Origin: a virus
Lineage: Duplodnaviria; Caudoviricetes
Length of the DNA stretch: 64,000 nt
IMG/VR virus record: IMGVR_UViG_3300029976_000159
Location: 1-64,000 of that record
Reading direction: 5' to 3' (one strand)
In this document: in pieces, positions 1 to 11,108 of the stretch
Layout of the letters: the number at the start of each line of letters is the position of its first letter
How positions within the stretch are numbered: position 1 is the stretch's first letter
Program-made: the position numbers and the translations under genes
Notes under the pieces: model-generated
What the model saw: only the letters and a program-made list of their open reading frames with translations
Told to the model about the DNA's origin: nothing
Database searches by the model: none

Positions 1-99
1 AAAAAAATCTTGAAACGTATTTTGATTTCGAAAAAAATCTTGAAACGTATTTTGATTTCGAAAAAAATCTTGAAACGTATTTTGATTTCGAAAAAAATC
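1..99. repeat. Tandem direct repeat, 30-bp unit AAAAAAATCTTGAAACGTATTTTGATTTCG, three copies plus a partial fourth
   Basis: Exact copies at 1-30, 31-60 and 61-90, then AAAAAAATC. No spacers. May continue beyond the window start. Confidence 0.95.
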
Positions 100-182
100 A
101 TTTTATCTTTGGACTACTCTCTTTAATTTTCCTCTCTTTTTTCTCATATTTATAAAAAGAGAGAGAAAGGAGATTCTTAATC

Positions 183-1694
183 ATGTCACAAGTTCAATTT
201 TTCTTAGGAACTTACGATAAATTACAAAAAACAAGATTACAAGATGGTTCTATATATTTTGTCCCCTCACAGAGGCGACTTTACATTGATACAGCAACTC
301 GCCGCATTCCAGTAACTGGTTCAGCTGGTATTACTTTCTACGTACAATTACCCGCATCATCGTGGATAAACAATACCTAGACAGTATCCACCTATTACGA
401 CTCGCGCACTTCCACTACAGCGCAGTATCTTTCCTCTGTGCTCGGAATAAACCCTGAAGAAGCAATTATATTTATAGGGCAAGCTTATTCGGGAGATTCA
501 AAACTCGCCGAAGATTATTACATAACCTGTTCTGATAGTTCGGCTTCTGGATTAACATTTAAAATTAATTCTGTCCCAGCAGAAGACATAACCATATAGA
601 TATATATTCCTAATCCAGACGCAAGCAGCTCTTTACTGCCGAGCGTAAGCCTTCTTTACACAACAAATCTTATGCTTTATGGTATAGACCAAGGCTTATC
701 AAATTGGAAATATAACACTTCTTCCGGTACATACCAATACACCTATACCCTATACGAAGTTTGTTTAGCGTCAGACGCAGTATTTTTCATTAATTGCGCG
801 GACGACTCAATCGAAAACATTAATGGCTTCGAACAACTAGGTTCTGTAACCTATAGCTCTAATGAAGTAGATAACACAACCACTTTTACATTTACTACTA
901 AAGCTGGCACTCGCCCCGATTACGATGTGCAACTTGATTTCTTCGCTGTTTTAAATGAGACCTCAACTCTTCCAGAAGAGGTAGTAACTATTTCAGTCCC
1001 AAGCTCGGCAGACGTTTATGATGAAGGTACTTGGGAGATTACAAAAAATTCAACCGGCAATTGGACATGGGAAGCCCCGAGCGAAGTTGTTTCTGGAACT
1101 CTTTCGTCTTTTGGAGATGATTTAATTGCAATTATATATCGCCCCGATCTAAATATGACAGACAATGAACAAGATTTAGAACCGAACGCAATTGCGGTTT
1201 ATGATTATTTAAGCTCAGTCGATTGTGAACAAGATGACACTAATGTAAAAGTAACATTAACATTCGATTCTAAAATCCTCGAAAAATATAGAAAAATTCC
1301 AAGAGGATTCCGATTGGTAATTATTGGTATGAACAAAATGGCAAATTGTTATCAAATAGATATTAACAACAATTGGGTCGGTCCAATTTCATCGGCTTAC
1401 GCAAATTTAAGCTATAAAACCGATGAGGATGTATATTATAACCGTGTGACGGGCGGTATACCTTGGGAATCCGTGCGGGACGGCAGTAGAACATCTGTGG
1501 AGTTTGCAAATGCTAACGGTTTAAATCCCTCAAAACCGCAAATAATATACACTCCTTATGATACAGACCAATTCCCATATATTTTGGAAGCAAGAGTAAA
1601 CGGAGGTTCAGAAATTTATTTCTACGCATTAGCTTCTGATGTTAAGGCTAACCGATTGTCCGGCATAGATGCAATTCTTATAGATCCCATTTAA
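183..1694 (+). CDS. Putative virion-associated fibre/receptor-binding-like protein, about 503 aa (code 15)
   Basis: AAGGAG RBS. ORFs 183-380 and 672-1694 are in frame and joined through TAGs at 378 and 597. N-terminal 'DGSIYF..RRLYID' motif resembles phage fibre N-termini; body is T/S/D-rich and beta-like. Confidence 0.55.
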
Positions 1695-1696
1695 AA

Positions 1697-1733
1697 GGGA
1701 GAGGATTTTAATCCTCTCCCAATATTTTTTTTT
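1697..1733. terminator. Likely bidirectional intrinsic terminator
   Basis: GGGAGAGGATT-TT-AATCCTCTCCC hairpin between convergent genes, flanked by A and T tracts. Confidence 0.7.
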
Positions 1734-1971
1734 CTAATGAAATTGGAATTTCCTCGCCCAATTCTATAAGTACGTCCGCAGCCGTCATATACCTCGGTTC
1801 AATTTCATTTTCTTTGCAGAACGCAATATATGAATCGCCATCCATCGTAAAAGTAAAAAAATTCACTTCATCATCTATTTGCATATTCATCCTATTTCTA
1901 ATGCCTTTTGGAATAACGATCCTGCCTTGCGCATCAATTTTTCTTGAAACATTTTCATTAATTATATCCAT
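1708..1971 (-). CDS. AbrB/SpoVT/MraZ-type (swapped-hairpin) transcription regulator
   Basis: 'SRKIDAQGRIVIPKGIRNRMNM' matches the AbrB N-terminal motif. No TAG codons. Confidence 0.85.
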   Translation of the reverse strand: MDIINENVSRKIDAQGRIVIPKGIRNRMNMQIDDEVNFFTFTMDGDSYIAFCKENEIEPRYMTAADVLIELGEEIPISLEKKILGED

Positions 1972-1994
1972 TCTTTATCAGTCCTTTCATATTT

Positions 1995-2056
1995 ATTATA
2001 ACAAAAAATTTTTTTAAAGTCAAAAATTTGACAAATAAAAATTTTTTTGTTATAAT
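1995..2056. promoter_or_regulatory. Back-to-back divergent sigmaA/sigma70-type promoters
   Basis: + strand: TTGACA (2028-33), 17 bp, TG-N-TATAAT (2051-56). - strand: TTGACT (2023-18), 17 bp, TG-N-TATAAT (2000-1995). Confidence 0.85.
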
Positions 2057-2084
2057 ATTTAATATAGACTGGAGGTGAATAATA

Positions 2085-3146
2085 ATGAAATTAGATTATT
2101 CATTAAAAACTCCAGAAGAAAGAAAAAAATTAGTTGAGCAAATTCTAGAAGAAACAGAAAATCCCTCGCCCCAATATTTAGAAATTTTAGCCAATTATTT
2201 AATTCTTTGCATGGAGAAACAAGAAAAAAAAGAGCGCAAAATAATAACAGATAATCGCAAAGCTACAATAGACGCTCGTGAAACTTCCTTTGAAGGCTTG
2301 GTTTCCCAGTTTGAAAATGGCGAAGATGGAATATATAATTTAATAACTAAAAATAAAAATATAATATTTAAACCAAAAGTAACAATAACAAAATAGGATT
2401 TAGAAGATATAGAGCCATTACGATAGCTTAAAGAAGCTATAAAATTATGGGAGGACGCATTAAAAACCGCTGAAGGAAAAGATTCATATATAATTAAAAA
2501 AGCTTTAATAGAAATGCGTAAAGACCAATATGTAATTAAAAATTGTTATAAACAACCAATAGTAATGAATAAAACGTTTCATAATCGAAACAACATCAAA
2601 TTAGACAGCGCGATCTCGTTTGACGAACGGGGTAACGCCACTCCGCACGGTATTACCTGCCTAAATCCCCGAGTGTGCGAAGCTGCGCTTTGTAATTATA
2701 TAAAATTAAAATCTGCCTGTCGCGGTAATTTTGAATCTGATTTGTGGTATTTTATGCAAGAATTTGATCGTCTCTTGGTTAAAGCATTGCGCGATTAGCC
2801 TATTTGTCAGGTGATAGTGCGTGAAAAAATACGTGGAGAACGTAATATAGATATACAAAAAATATTGTATGACGAGCTTAACGTTCGGCATACCGTGGAA
2901 TATATTTCATGTTTGTGGCGCAACAAAATCCCCCGTTTAATAGCCGCTTGCGCGGAAGATGAATATTTACAATGGCATTTTATTTTTGAGGAAAAAGGAC
3001 AATGGAAAAAGTGCAGTCGTTGTGGGCAAATTAAATTAGCTCATAAGAAGTATTTTTCAAGGAATAAAACTAGTAAAGATGGCTGGTATAGTTTATGCAA
3101 AGATTGTCGAAATAAACGAGAAAGGAGAATGAAACATCATGACTGA
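2085..3146 (+). CDS. Hypothetical 353-aa protein with HTH/sigma region-4-like segment and C-terminal CxxC..CxxC zinc finger; putative transcription regulator (code 15)
   Basis: GGAGG RBS. ORFs 2085, 2514 and 2811 are in one frame, joined by TAGs at 2394, 2424 and 2796. Contains 'CSRC...CKDC'. Confidence 0.6.
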
Positions 3147-5513
3147 AAAGAAAAATTATTACTGCTCTAAATGTTAGCGCACCATGGGTAGAACTTAGTT
3201 TTATACAACAAATCTTTTATCAAAATATCCTGAAGGAATAATGACAATTTGTAAAAAATGTTTGACTTTGCATGTAGACAATTGGAATCCAGATACTTAT
3301 TTGTGGATTTTACAGGAAGCCGATGTACCGTATATACCCGATGAATGGAATAAGCTTCTTGCACTATATGGAAAAGACAGGTCTAAAGTAACTGGTCTTA
3401 CGATCATTGGACGATACATCGCGCAAATGAAATTAAATCAATTTAAAGACTATCGTTGGGCTGATAATGAATTTTTACAGGAATTACATGAAAAAAAGGT
3501 TAAAGAAGCCATGGAACGGCAGGGCTATAGTCAACAAGAAATTACGAGTGTAATATAGAAAGGTACCATTGAATTTCCAGATGAAGAGATAAAGCCGCCA
3601 GATGATAACGACGACGAAGATGATGAGAACCCCTTTTCTAACTCCTCTTGGTCTCCTGCTCTGGATGAAAGCGATATGGATTTGGATTTAACTGAAGAGG
3701 ACAAGCTCTATTTGAAACTTAAATGGGGTAAACTATATAAACCAACCGAGTGGGTTTAGTTAGAGTAGTTATATAATGATATGATGAACTCATATGATAT
3801 ACAAGAAGCGGGACATATTGATACGTTAAAGCTAATATGTAAAACATCGCTCAAGGCTAATCAACTCATCGATATAGGGGATTAACAACCTAGTTCCCTC
3901 TAAATCTCTCGAATTGCTGGGAAACCTTTAGAGCTTTAATACCACATAAAGAACCTTATAGAAGGTTGAGTTAGAAGGTTTAAAAAATTAAAGATTGGGT
4001 AATCAGCAGCTAAGATTTTTCATAACTATAAAATAAGAAGGGAGGAAACAAGATAGAGTGCATAAAAGATATTTAAATTCAGAGTATGAGATTTATGATG
4101 ATGGCAGATGTTATAGCTATAAAAGTAAAAAATTTTTAACAGCGCAATTATCAGCTAAATATCCTACCTATAATCTTACTTTGCCTACTGGTAAAAGAAA
4201 AGTTAAAGTGCATCGAATGGTGGCAGAAACTTTTTTGCCTAGGATTGATGGAAAGAATATAGTAAATCATAAAGATGGTAATACTCATAACTTTAATGTA
4301 AATAATTTAGAATGGGTAAATGCTACTGAAAATAGTAAGCACGCTTCGGAGATGGGATTAAGACCGAAAAGCAATCAAAATGCTATATATTATACAACTA
4401 ATTTAAATAATGAAAAATGGCTAGAAATTAAAAATTATGATAATTATTTAATCTCTAACAAGGGGCGCGTGATGAACAAAAACACAAAAAGACTATTAAA
4501 ACCCGCTACAACAAACGGGTATTTAGAAGTAAATTTGAGGAAAAGCAACAAAGGGAAAACCCATAGAATACATAAATTAGTTTATTGTCATTTTGCTAAT
4601 GATTTCGATTTAAATAACTATGTGATTAATCATATTGATGGAAATAAACAAAATAATGATTTTGATAATTTAGAAAAAGTAACCAGTCAGGAAAATAACG
4701 TTCATGCAACTTACATAACTAAAATTAATAAAAGTGCTAAAATAGTTTATCAATATGATTTAGAAGGAAATTTTATTTAGAGTTTTCCTTCAGTTTCTAA
4801 AGCGCAAAAACAATTGCACATAAGTAATATTGCTCGTGCTATAAAAAAAGAATATGCAGCGGGCGGTTATAAGTGGAGTTATGAAAAATAAAGTTCAACG
4901 ACTAGTGCGGACGCACGTAGGAAGCAAGTGTTTCCGAAGCGGGAGACTTTATTATAATATAATAAAGAAGATATAGTCTGTTCTTTATGGAAACATAAAG
5001 AGAAGTGGTAGCGACACTTCGCAACATGATAAGATGGATGGATATTCCAAGATGGTACGAGCATATAACGAGCTTATGAAGAGCGGTAATTTTACAGCGG
5101 CTCAAAATAAAGCAAACAACGGCGAGTTTGTAGATTCAGTATCTGAACTCGTGGTATTGTGCGAAAAGGAAGGTTTTATACCTCGATATTATACGGACGG
5201 TCCGCAAGATAAAGTGGATTGGGTTATTAAGGATATGCAACGGTATAACAGAACCTTGATTACAGAAGAAATGGGTCTTGAAAACTTGATTGAAAACGCA
5301 ATTAAACAATTACAAGATCAAAAAGAAACAGAGGTTGTGTATGATAATGACGAGGAAGCTGATGAGGTATTGTTTACATATGATGATACTCCAACAGAAT
5401 TAACTGAAGAAGATTACGAAGAATTTAAATAGCTTGAAGTCGAAATGGAGAAAGAAAATAATGAATTATTTGAACATTTAATGCAAGGGGATGAAGAAAA
5501 TGGCGTTAAATGA
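3139..5513 (+). CDS. Zn-finger protein, putative terminase small subunit; spliced (exon 1 3139-3882, exon 2 5034-5513), code 15
   Basis: N-terminal CSKC..CKKC. Removing 3883-5033 joins ...ANQLIDIGD|MDGYSKMV... in frame. Lies directly upstream of terL. Confidence 0.6.
3883..5033 (+). mobile_element. Group I self-splicing intron with homing endonuclease ORF
   Basis: Exon ends in U (GGGGAT) pairing with internal guide GTTCCC. P element AATTGCTGGGAAA (3912-24), Q AATCAGCAG (4001-09), R GTTCAACGACTA (4893-4904), S AAGATATAGTC (4968-78), terminal G at 5033. The ORF is looped out by TTTTTCATAACT (4016-27) / AGTTATGAAAAA (4877-88). Confidence 0.9.
4058..4891 (+). CDS. Intron-encoded HNH homing endonuclease (two tandem HNH units plus C-terminal NUMOD1-like domain), code 15
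   Basis: 'VHRMVA..VNHKDGN..N..NNLEW' and 'IHKLVY..INHIDGNKQNN..NLE'. Read-through of TAG at 4778 completes 'YQYDLEGNFIQSFPSVSKAQ...GGYKWSY'. Confidence 0.9.
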
Positions 5514-7245
5514 TTTATTAAAATTGTCAGCTGGGAAAAAGATAGGTCTTTCAGAAGAAAGAATAAAACCGCTCATTCCTACACTGCGCCAGTATGTTGC
5601 CTTTTGGAGGGAATATCCTGATATATTTGTCGATTTCTTACAAACAGGCGGCGATCTCACTAGAGATCGGAAGCTTAAGCTTTTCTTTTATTAGCGCGTT
5701 TTTCTTCGCATTGCAATGCGGTATAAGTACGTATATGCGGTGTATACTCGAGCGTATTCAAAATCGTTCTTAGCGGTCTTATGTAAGATGCTTTAGTGTA
5801 TTTTATACCCGGGCGCAAAGGTATTCATGACAGCTGGGGGTAAAGAACAAGCAGCTGGTATTTTATAGGAAAAAGTGTAGGAATTATGTACAATGGTACC
5901 AGCTTTTAATAAAGAACTTGATCGGCGACGAGCGGCAGAAGCCACAAAAGAAGCAAAAGATTATTGTAAATATGTGTTTAAAAATGGTAGTGCGTTTGAT
6001 AATATTGCGGCGCGCGAAAGTTCTAGGGGTAAGAGACGTCATGCTGGAGTTATTGAGGAGTGTATTGGAGTTGACGGTCAAATGTTGCAGGAAGTAATTA
6101 TCCCGACCATGAACGTATCGCGCAAATGCGTAAACGGAGAACCGTCTCCAGACGATGAACCTCTTAACCAAGCGCAATTATATATTACGACAGCTGGATA
6201 TAAAAATACGTTTTCTTATAGAAAATTAATTCAGGTATTGGTGCGCATGATTGCAGAACCAGATAAAGCGTTTATTATGGGTGGAACTTGGAGAGTTCCA
6301 GCTGCGGCTGGTTTGATTTCACGTTCATTTGTTCAAGACCTTAAAAACGAAGGCTTGTTTGATGAAGCGTCTTTTGGACGAGAGTATGAATCACTTTGGG
6401 CTGGAACGGCTGAAGATGCGTTTTTTAATGCTGAAGTTTTTGATAGAAATCGAATTATATAGAAGCCAGAATATGAAGCCTCGGGTCGTGCTTCAAAAAA
6501 CGCGTATTATGTTATCAGTGTCGACGTAGGTAGAAAAGGGTGTTAGAGTGTTGCGTGCGTGTTCAAGATAACGCCGCAATCTCAAGGTGTGGCGATTAAA
6601 AGCCTAGTTAATATTGTAGCATTTAGTGATGAACATTTTGAGGATTAGGCAATTAGATTAAAAAAATTGTTTTATAAGTATAATGCTCGGAGGCTTGTTA
6701 TAGACGGAAATGGTTTGGGCATAGGTCTTTTGGATTATATGGTAAAATCGCAAATAGACCCAATTACCGGTGATACTTTGCCTGATTTTGGTATTTATAA
6801 CGATCCAGAAAACTTTTATAAGAAATATAGAACAAATATTACAGAATTTGATGCTGTATATATTATAAAAGCAAATGCGCCCATTAACACTGAAGCCTAT
6901 TCGTAGATACAAGCTTAGATGACTTCTGGAAAAATTAAATTTTTAATTGATGATAGAGTTGCGCAAAATAAATTAGCTGGAACAACCAAGGGTAGAAATA
7001 TGACACCGGAAGAGCGTTCGGAATATTTACATCCTTATCGATTAACATCGATATTAAAGGAAGAAATGCTTAATCTTCGAGAAGAAACTGAAGGTGTTAA
7101 TATTATACTCAAGCAAGCCAACAAAGGTATTTCAAAGGATAAATTTTCGGCTTTGTGTTACGGTATTTATTATATTAGACAAGAAGAAGAGGATAAAAAA
7201 CCGAAAAAACGCTTTGACGCAAGCTAGTGGAAATTTTTTAACTAA
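5500..7245 (+). CDS. terL: Terminase large subunit (code 15)
   Basis: Fragments 5491, 5893, 6667 and 6919 share a frame. Walker-A-like 'YTRAYSKS', Walker B 'GVIEE', coupling motif 'ITTAG', nuclease motifs 'SVDVGR' and 'KDKFSA'. Upstream of portal. Confidence 0.85.
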
Positions 7246-7310
7246 CTTTGGACAATTTTAATTTTTTGTATTTAAATAGACTTTAGTTATAGTATAAGGG
7301 GTGAAAAAGA

Positions 7311-7670
7311 ATGAGAGCAAGTAGAGCTGAAATAAAAATAGAAGATATATTGCGTGATGCCGGTTTAAATTTTACAATGGAATATAGTTTTGAGGGACTA
7401 AATAGCTCAAACGGTCGTCCTTTGAGATTTGACTTTTGTGTATTTGACGATGAAGGACACGTAGAATTTTTAATTGAATATCAAGGAAAATAGCACTATG
7501 AAGCTAGCCCTAAATTTGGTGGTAAAAAAGGTTTATACCAACAGCAATTTAATGATAATAAAAAGCGCAGATTTTGTGCTTTACATGATATACGCTTGAT
7601 AGAAATTCCTTACACCGAAGAAAATTTAATTAGTTATGATTATATTTTAAATAGAGCTTATTCTGATTGA
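7311..7670 (+). CDS. Vsr/DUF559-like PD-(D/E)xK endonuclease (code 15)
   Basis: 'LRFDF...LIEYQGK[TAG=Q]HY...NDNKKRRFC...LIEIPY'. Confidence 0.8.
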
Positions 7671-7684
7671 TAGGGAGGTGTAAA

Positions 7685-9214
7685 ATGAAACAAGAAGAAA
7701 TTCATGATAAGGGATTTAGATTACCATATACTTATAATAAAATTAATGTCGGACCAAAGACGCTCGATAGTGCTGTGCTTGATCTCGGTAGTATTAGAAA
7801 AGCGAATAGAATTTTTGGAGATAAGAACCACGTTTTGCGAGCTTTGGCAGAAAAAGACATTCCAGTTTTACGTCAGATGTCTTAGTTTTATTATAATACA
7901 AACGGTATTTATAAAAGTGCTTGCGATTATTTCGCAACTTTGTATAGATATGATTGGTATCTAGTTCCTGAGATTTTTGCTACTGATATCCCAAATAGCA
8001 AAATTCTAAAGGATTTTTCTGTAATTTTGAATTATTTAGACAATTCCTGTATAAGAAAAACGTGCGGTGATATTGCGCTTAAAACTATTGTTAATGGTGC
8101 TTATTATGGTTATATTGTACCTAATAACGATCGAATTATTATACAGGAATTACCTCCCGATTATTGTCGTTCTAGGTATACAGTTGGAGAATTTCCCGCA
8201 ATTGAATTTAATATGCGTTTTTTTGACGAGCAGTTTAGTGATGTAAATTATCGTTTGCGCGTTTTGAATTTATTTCCTGAGGAGTTCCAAAGGGGATATT
8301 TATTGTATAAAAAAAATAAATTAACACCGGATTTTCAAGGTGATATTTCAGGATGCTGGTATTTGCTTGAACCATCGGCGTCTATTAAATTTAGTATGGG
8401 GTTGTCCGATACACCAATGTGCGTAAATTCAATACCAGCTATTATCGACTTAGATTCAGCTTAGGACTTAGATCGCCGCAAACAAATGCAGTAGTTATTA
8501 AAAATACTAATCCAAAAACTTCCTATGGATAAAAATGGTGATTTAATATTTGATATTGATGAAGCAAAAGATATACATGTTAATGCGGTTGAAATGCTCA
8601 GTCGCGCGATTGGTGTAGATGTATTAACTACATTTGCGGACGTACAAGTAGAAGATATTGCGGATAGTAATACGACTACTTCAACTGATGATTTGGAAAA
8701 AGTTGAAAGAGCATTATATAATTCATTGGGTATATCAAAAAATTTGTTTAATGCGGATGGTAATTTGGCTTTAACCAATTCAATCTTAACGGATGAAAGC
8801 GCGATGAGAGGACTGCTTTTCCAGTTTGAGGCGTTCTTTAACCGGCTCGCGCAAGAACATAATCCTAATAAGAAAAGATATAATTTTAAATTGCAAATGC
8901 TAGAAACAACGCAATTTAATTATCAAACATTATCTAAGCTATACAAGGAGCAAGCGCAATTTGGTGCGTCTAAGCTTCTCTCTTAGATTGCTCTTGGACA
9001 TACTTAGAGTAATATACTTAATACAGCTTATTTTGAAAATGATGTATTGAGTTTAAGTCAAATTATGATTCCTCCAATGTCTTCTAGTACTATGAACGCA
9101 GATGCGCTTAGTCCAATAGCAAAGAAGAACTCGAATGCGGAGGTCGGTCGGCAAGAAAAGCCTGATAATGAAAAATCAGATAAAACTCTTTAGAATAGAG
9201 AATCTATGAGTTAA
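7685..9214 (+). CDS. Portal protein (code 15)
   Basis: About 509 aa continuous frame between terL and the protease; GGAGGTG RBS; size and synteny fit a portal. Confidence 0.75.
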
Positions 9215-9231
9215 AGAAGGGAAGAAATAAT

Positions 9232-10401
9232 ATGCAACACGTTAGTATTAAAATGAATACACCGTGCGAATTTATTAATATTACTCCTCTTAATCCACTA
9301 ATTTCTAAATGCCAAATAAAAGTTTGCTATGTTTCGGATGAACCTAATCGTAGAAACAGTGTCATTACCAAGGAGGCGGCTAAGCAAATAGCTAATTCTT
9401 TGCCTGGCTCTCCAATAGTTGGCTACTATGATAGTGAAAAACAAGATTTTTAGGGACACGAAAAACAGTTAGAAATAGTAGATAATAAAATAGTATTTGG
9501 TGATAAAACTAGACCTTATGGCTTTGTAGATTTACACGCTAAAGTTTGGTTTTAGAAATTTTTAGACGATGGAATTGTTGAGAGAGAGTATATGGTAACC
9601 GAAGGTTATCTTTGGACGGGTTAGTATCCAGAGTGTTAGAAAATTATAGACGAGGGCATTGGTCAGTCTATGGAATTGTGTGATAATAAAAATTTTTTGG
9701 ATGCCTATTGGTCAAAAGATGCTAATGGAAAACCATTATTTTTTATAATTAATGAAGCGTTAATATCTAAGCTTTGTATTTTAGGAGAAGACTATGACCC
9801 CTGTTTTGAGGGGGCATCAATTTCGAGAATTGAATTTTCATTCGAAAGGGGATTCTCCGACATGATATTTCAATTACAAGAAATTTTAGACAAAGGAGGA
9901 TTTGATAACATGCCTAAGAATGAAAATGATGTTTTAGAAAATGAGGTAATTAAGCCTGAAACTGAGCCAGAGAAACCGCAGTATAATTTAGATGATATAA
10001 TAGAATACATAGAGCTTAAGACTCAGTACGATAATCTGAAGGCGCAATATGATGAATTGGAAGCACAATGTGAGCAATTTCAAGTAGAGGCAGATGCTCT
10101 TAGAGAGTTTAAGGCTTCTGTAGAGAAGAAGCAAAAAGAAGATATGGTTGCTAGCTTCTATATGCTTTCCGACTAGGATAAGGCAGATGTAGTTGCGCAT
10201 ATAGATGAATACACTCTTGACGAAGTTGAGAGTAAGCTTGCTGTTATTTGTGTAAGAAATAAAGTAAGTTTTGATTTAGACTAGAAGAAAAAGGAAGAAG
10301 AAAAAAAGGACGATCCTGTATCTTATAGTTTAGATGAAGTTGATACTGTTCCTGCGTGGATACGCGCATTACAGGCAACTAAGAAAGAACAAAATATATA
10401 A
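9232..10401 (+). CDS. Prohead protease / scaffold protein (code 15)
   Basis: N-terminal protease-like domain ('GSPIVG','QSMEL','LCILG'), then acidic coiled-coil scaffold region. Lies between portal and capsid genes. Confidence 0.7.
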
Positions 10402-10419
10402 TAGGGAGGATATACAGAA

Positions 10420-11088
10420 ATGGCTAAGACAAGATTGAGTAACGCATAGTATGTACAGCGCGGCTATGGACAAGTTGAGCCGAACCACCTTTCTGGTCAA
10501 ATAAACGGTAAGCTGTTTGCGCAATTGCCAGCCGCCGCTGATATAGAAATGCTTGAAAATGGTCAGTTTGCAAAGTATGACTACGCGAATGGAGTTGTAA
10601 ACTATACGGGAGCTGGTGAGTGGCTCTTGGTTTATAATGAGGTTAAAGTGTATAGAGATGGACTCGGTGATGCGGATTTTGCTATGATTAGAGATAATTA
10701 TAATGCACGAGTTTATTCACCGATTGATGGCGGTGATTTTAGGACGGGAAAATCGAGAGATTACACTGATGTAGTTTCGCCCGCTGATCCTTACGAGCCT
10801 ACATCCACAGACGATCCATTTAACGTAATTTCTTATAAGAGTCCGAAGCTTATGCCTGAGGATACTAGAATGGTTCCGAGGTTGTATAAGACAGATTTGG
10901 GCGATATATTCACTACAAATACAGTTAAAGAAACCACTCTAGCTGTTGGAGATATACTTGTAGTGGGTGATGACGGATATTTAACTAAGACAGCAGGTTC
11001 TAATGCTGGAACCTTGCAGTGGTAGGTTGTAAAAGTATGTACGATGCCCGATCACCAGTCAGGTGTTAAGGTAATGAGAATAGCGTAA
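10420..11088 (+). CDS. Putative head decoration / minor capsid protein (code 15)
   Basis: GGAGG RBS; TAGs at 10448 and 11023; immediately before the major capsid gene. Confidence 0.55.
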
Positions 11089-11108
11089 TCAGAAGGGAGA
11101 GAAATAGA

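Noticed and set aside
1-99. CRISPR array
   Set aside because: The repeats are directly adjacent with no spacers, and there are no cas genes.
9708-9716. TTGGTCAA as another copy of the late-promoter motif
   Set aside because: It lies within protease coding sequence (W-S-K) and lacks the TAAT at the expected spacing, so I did not count it.
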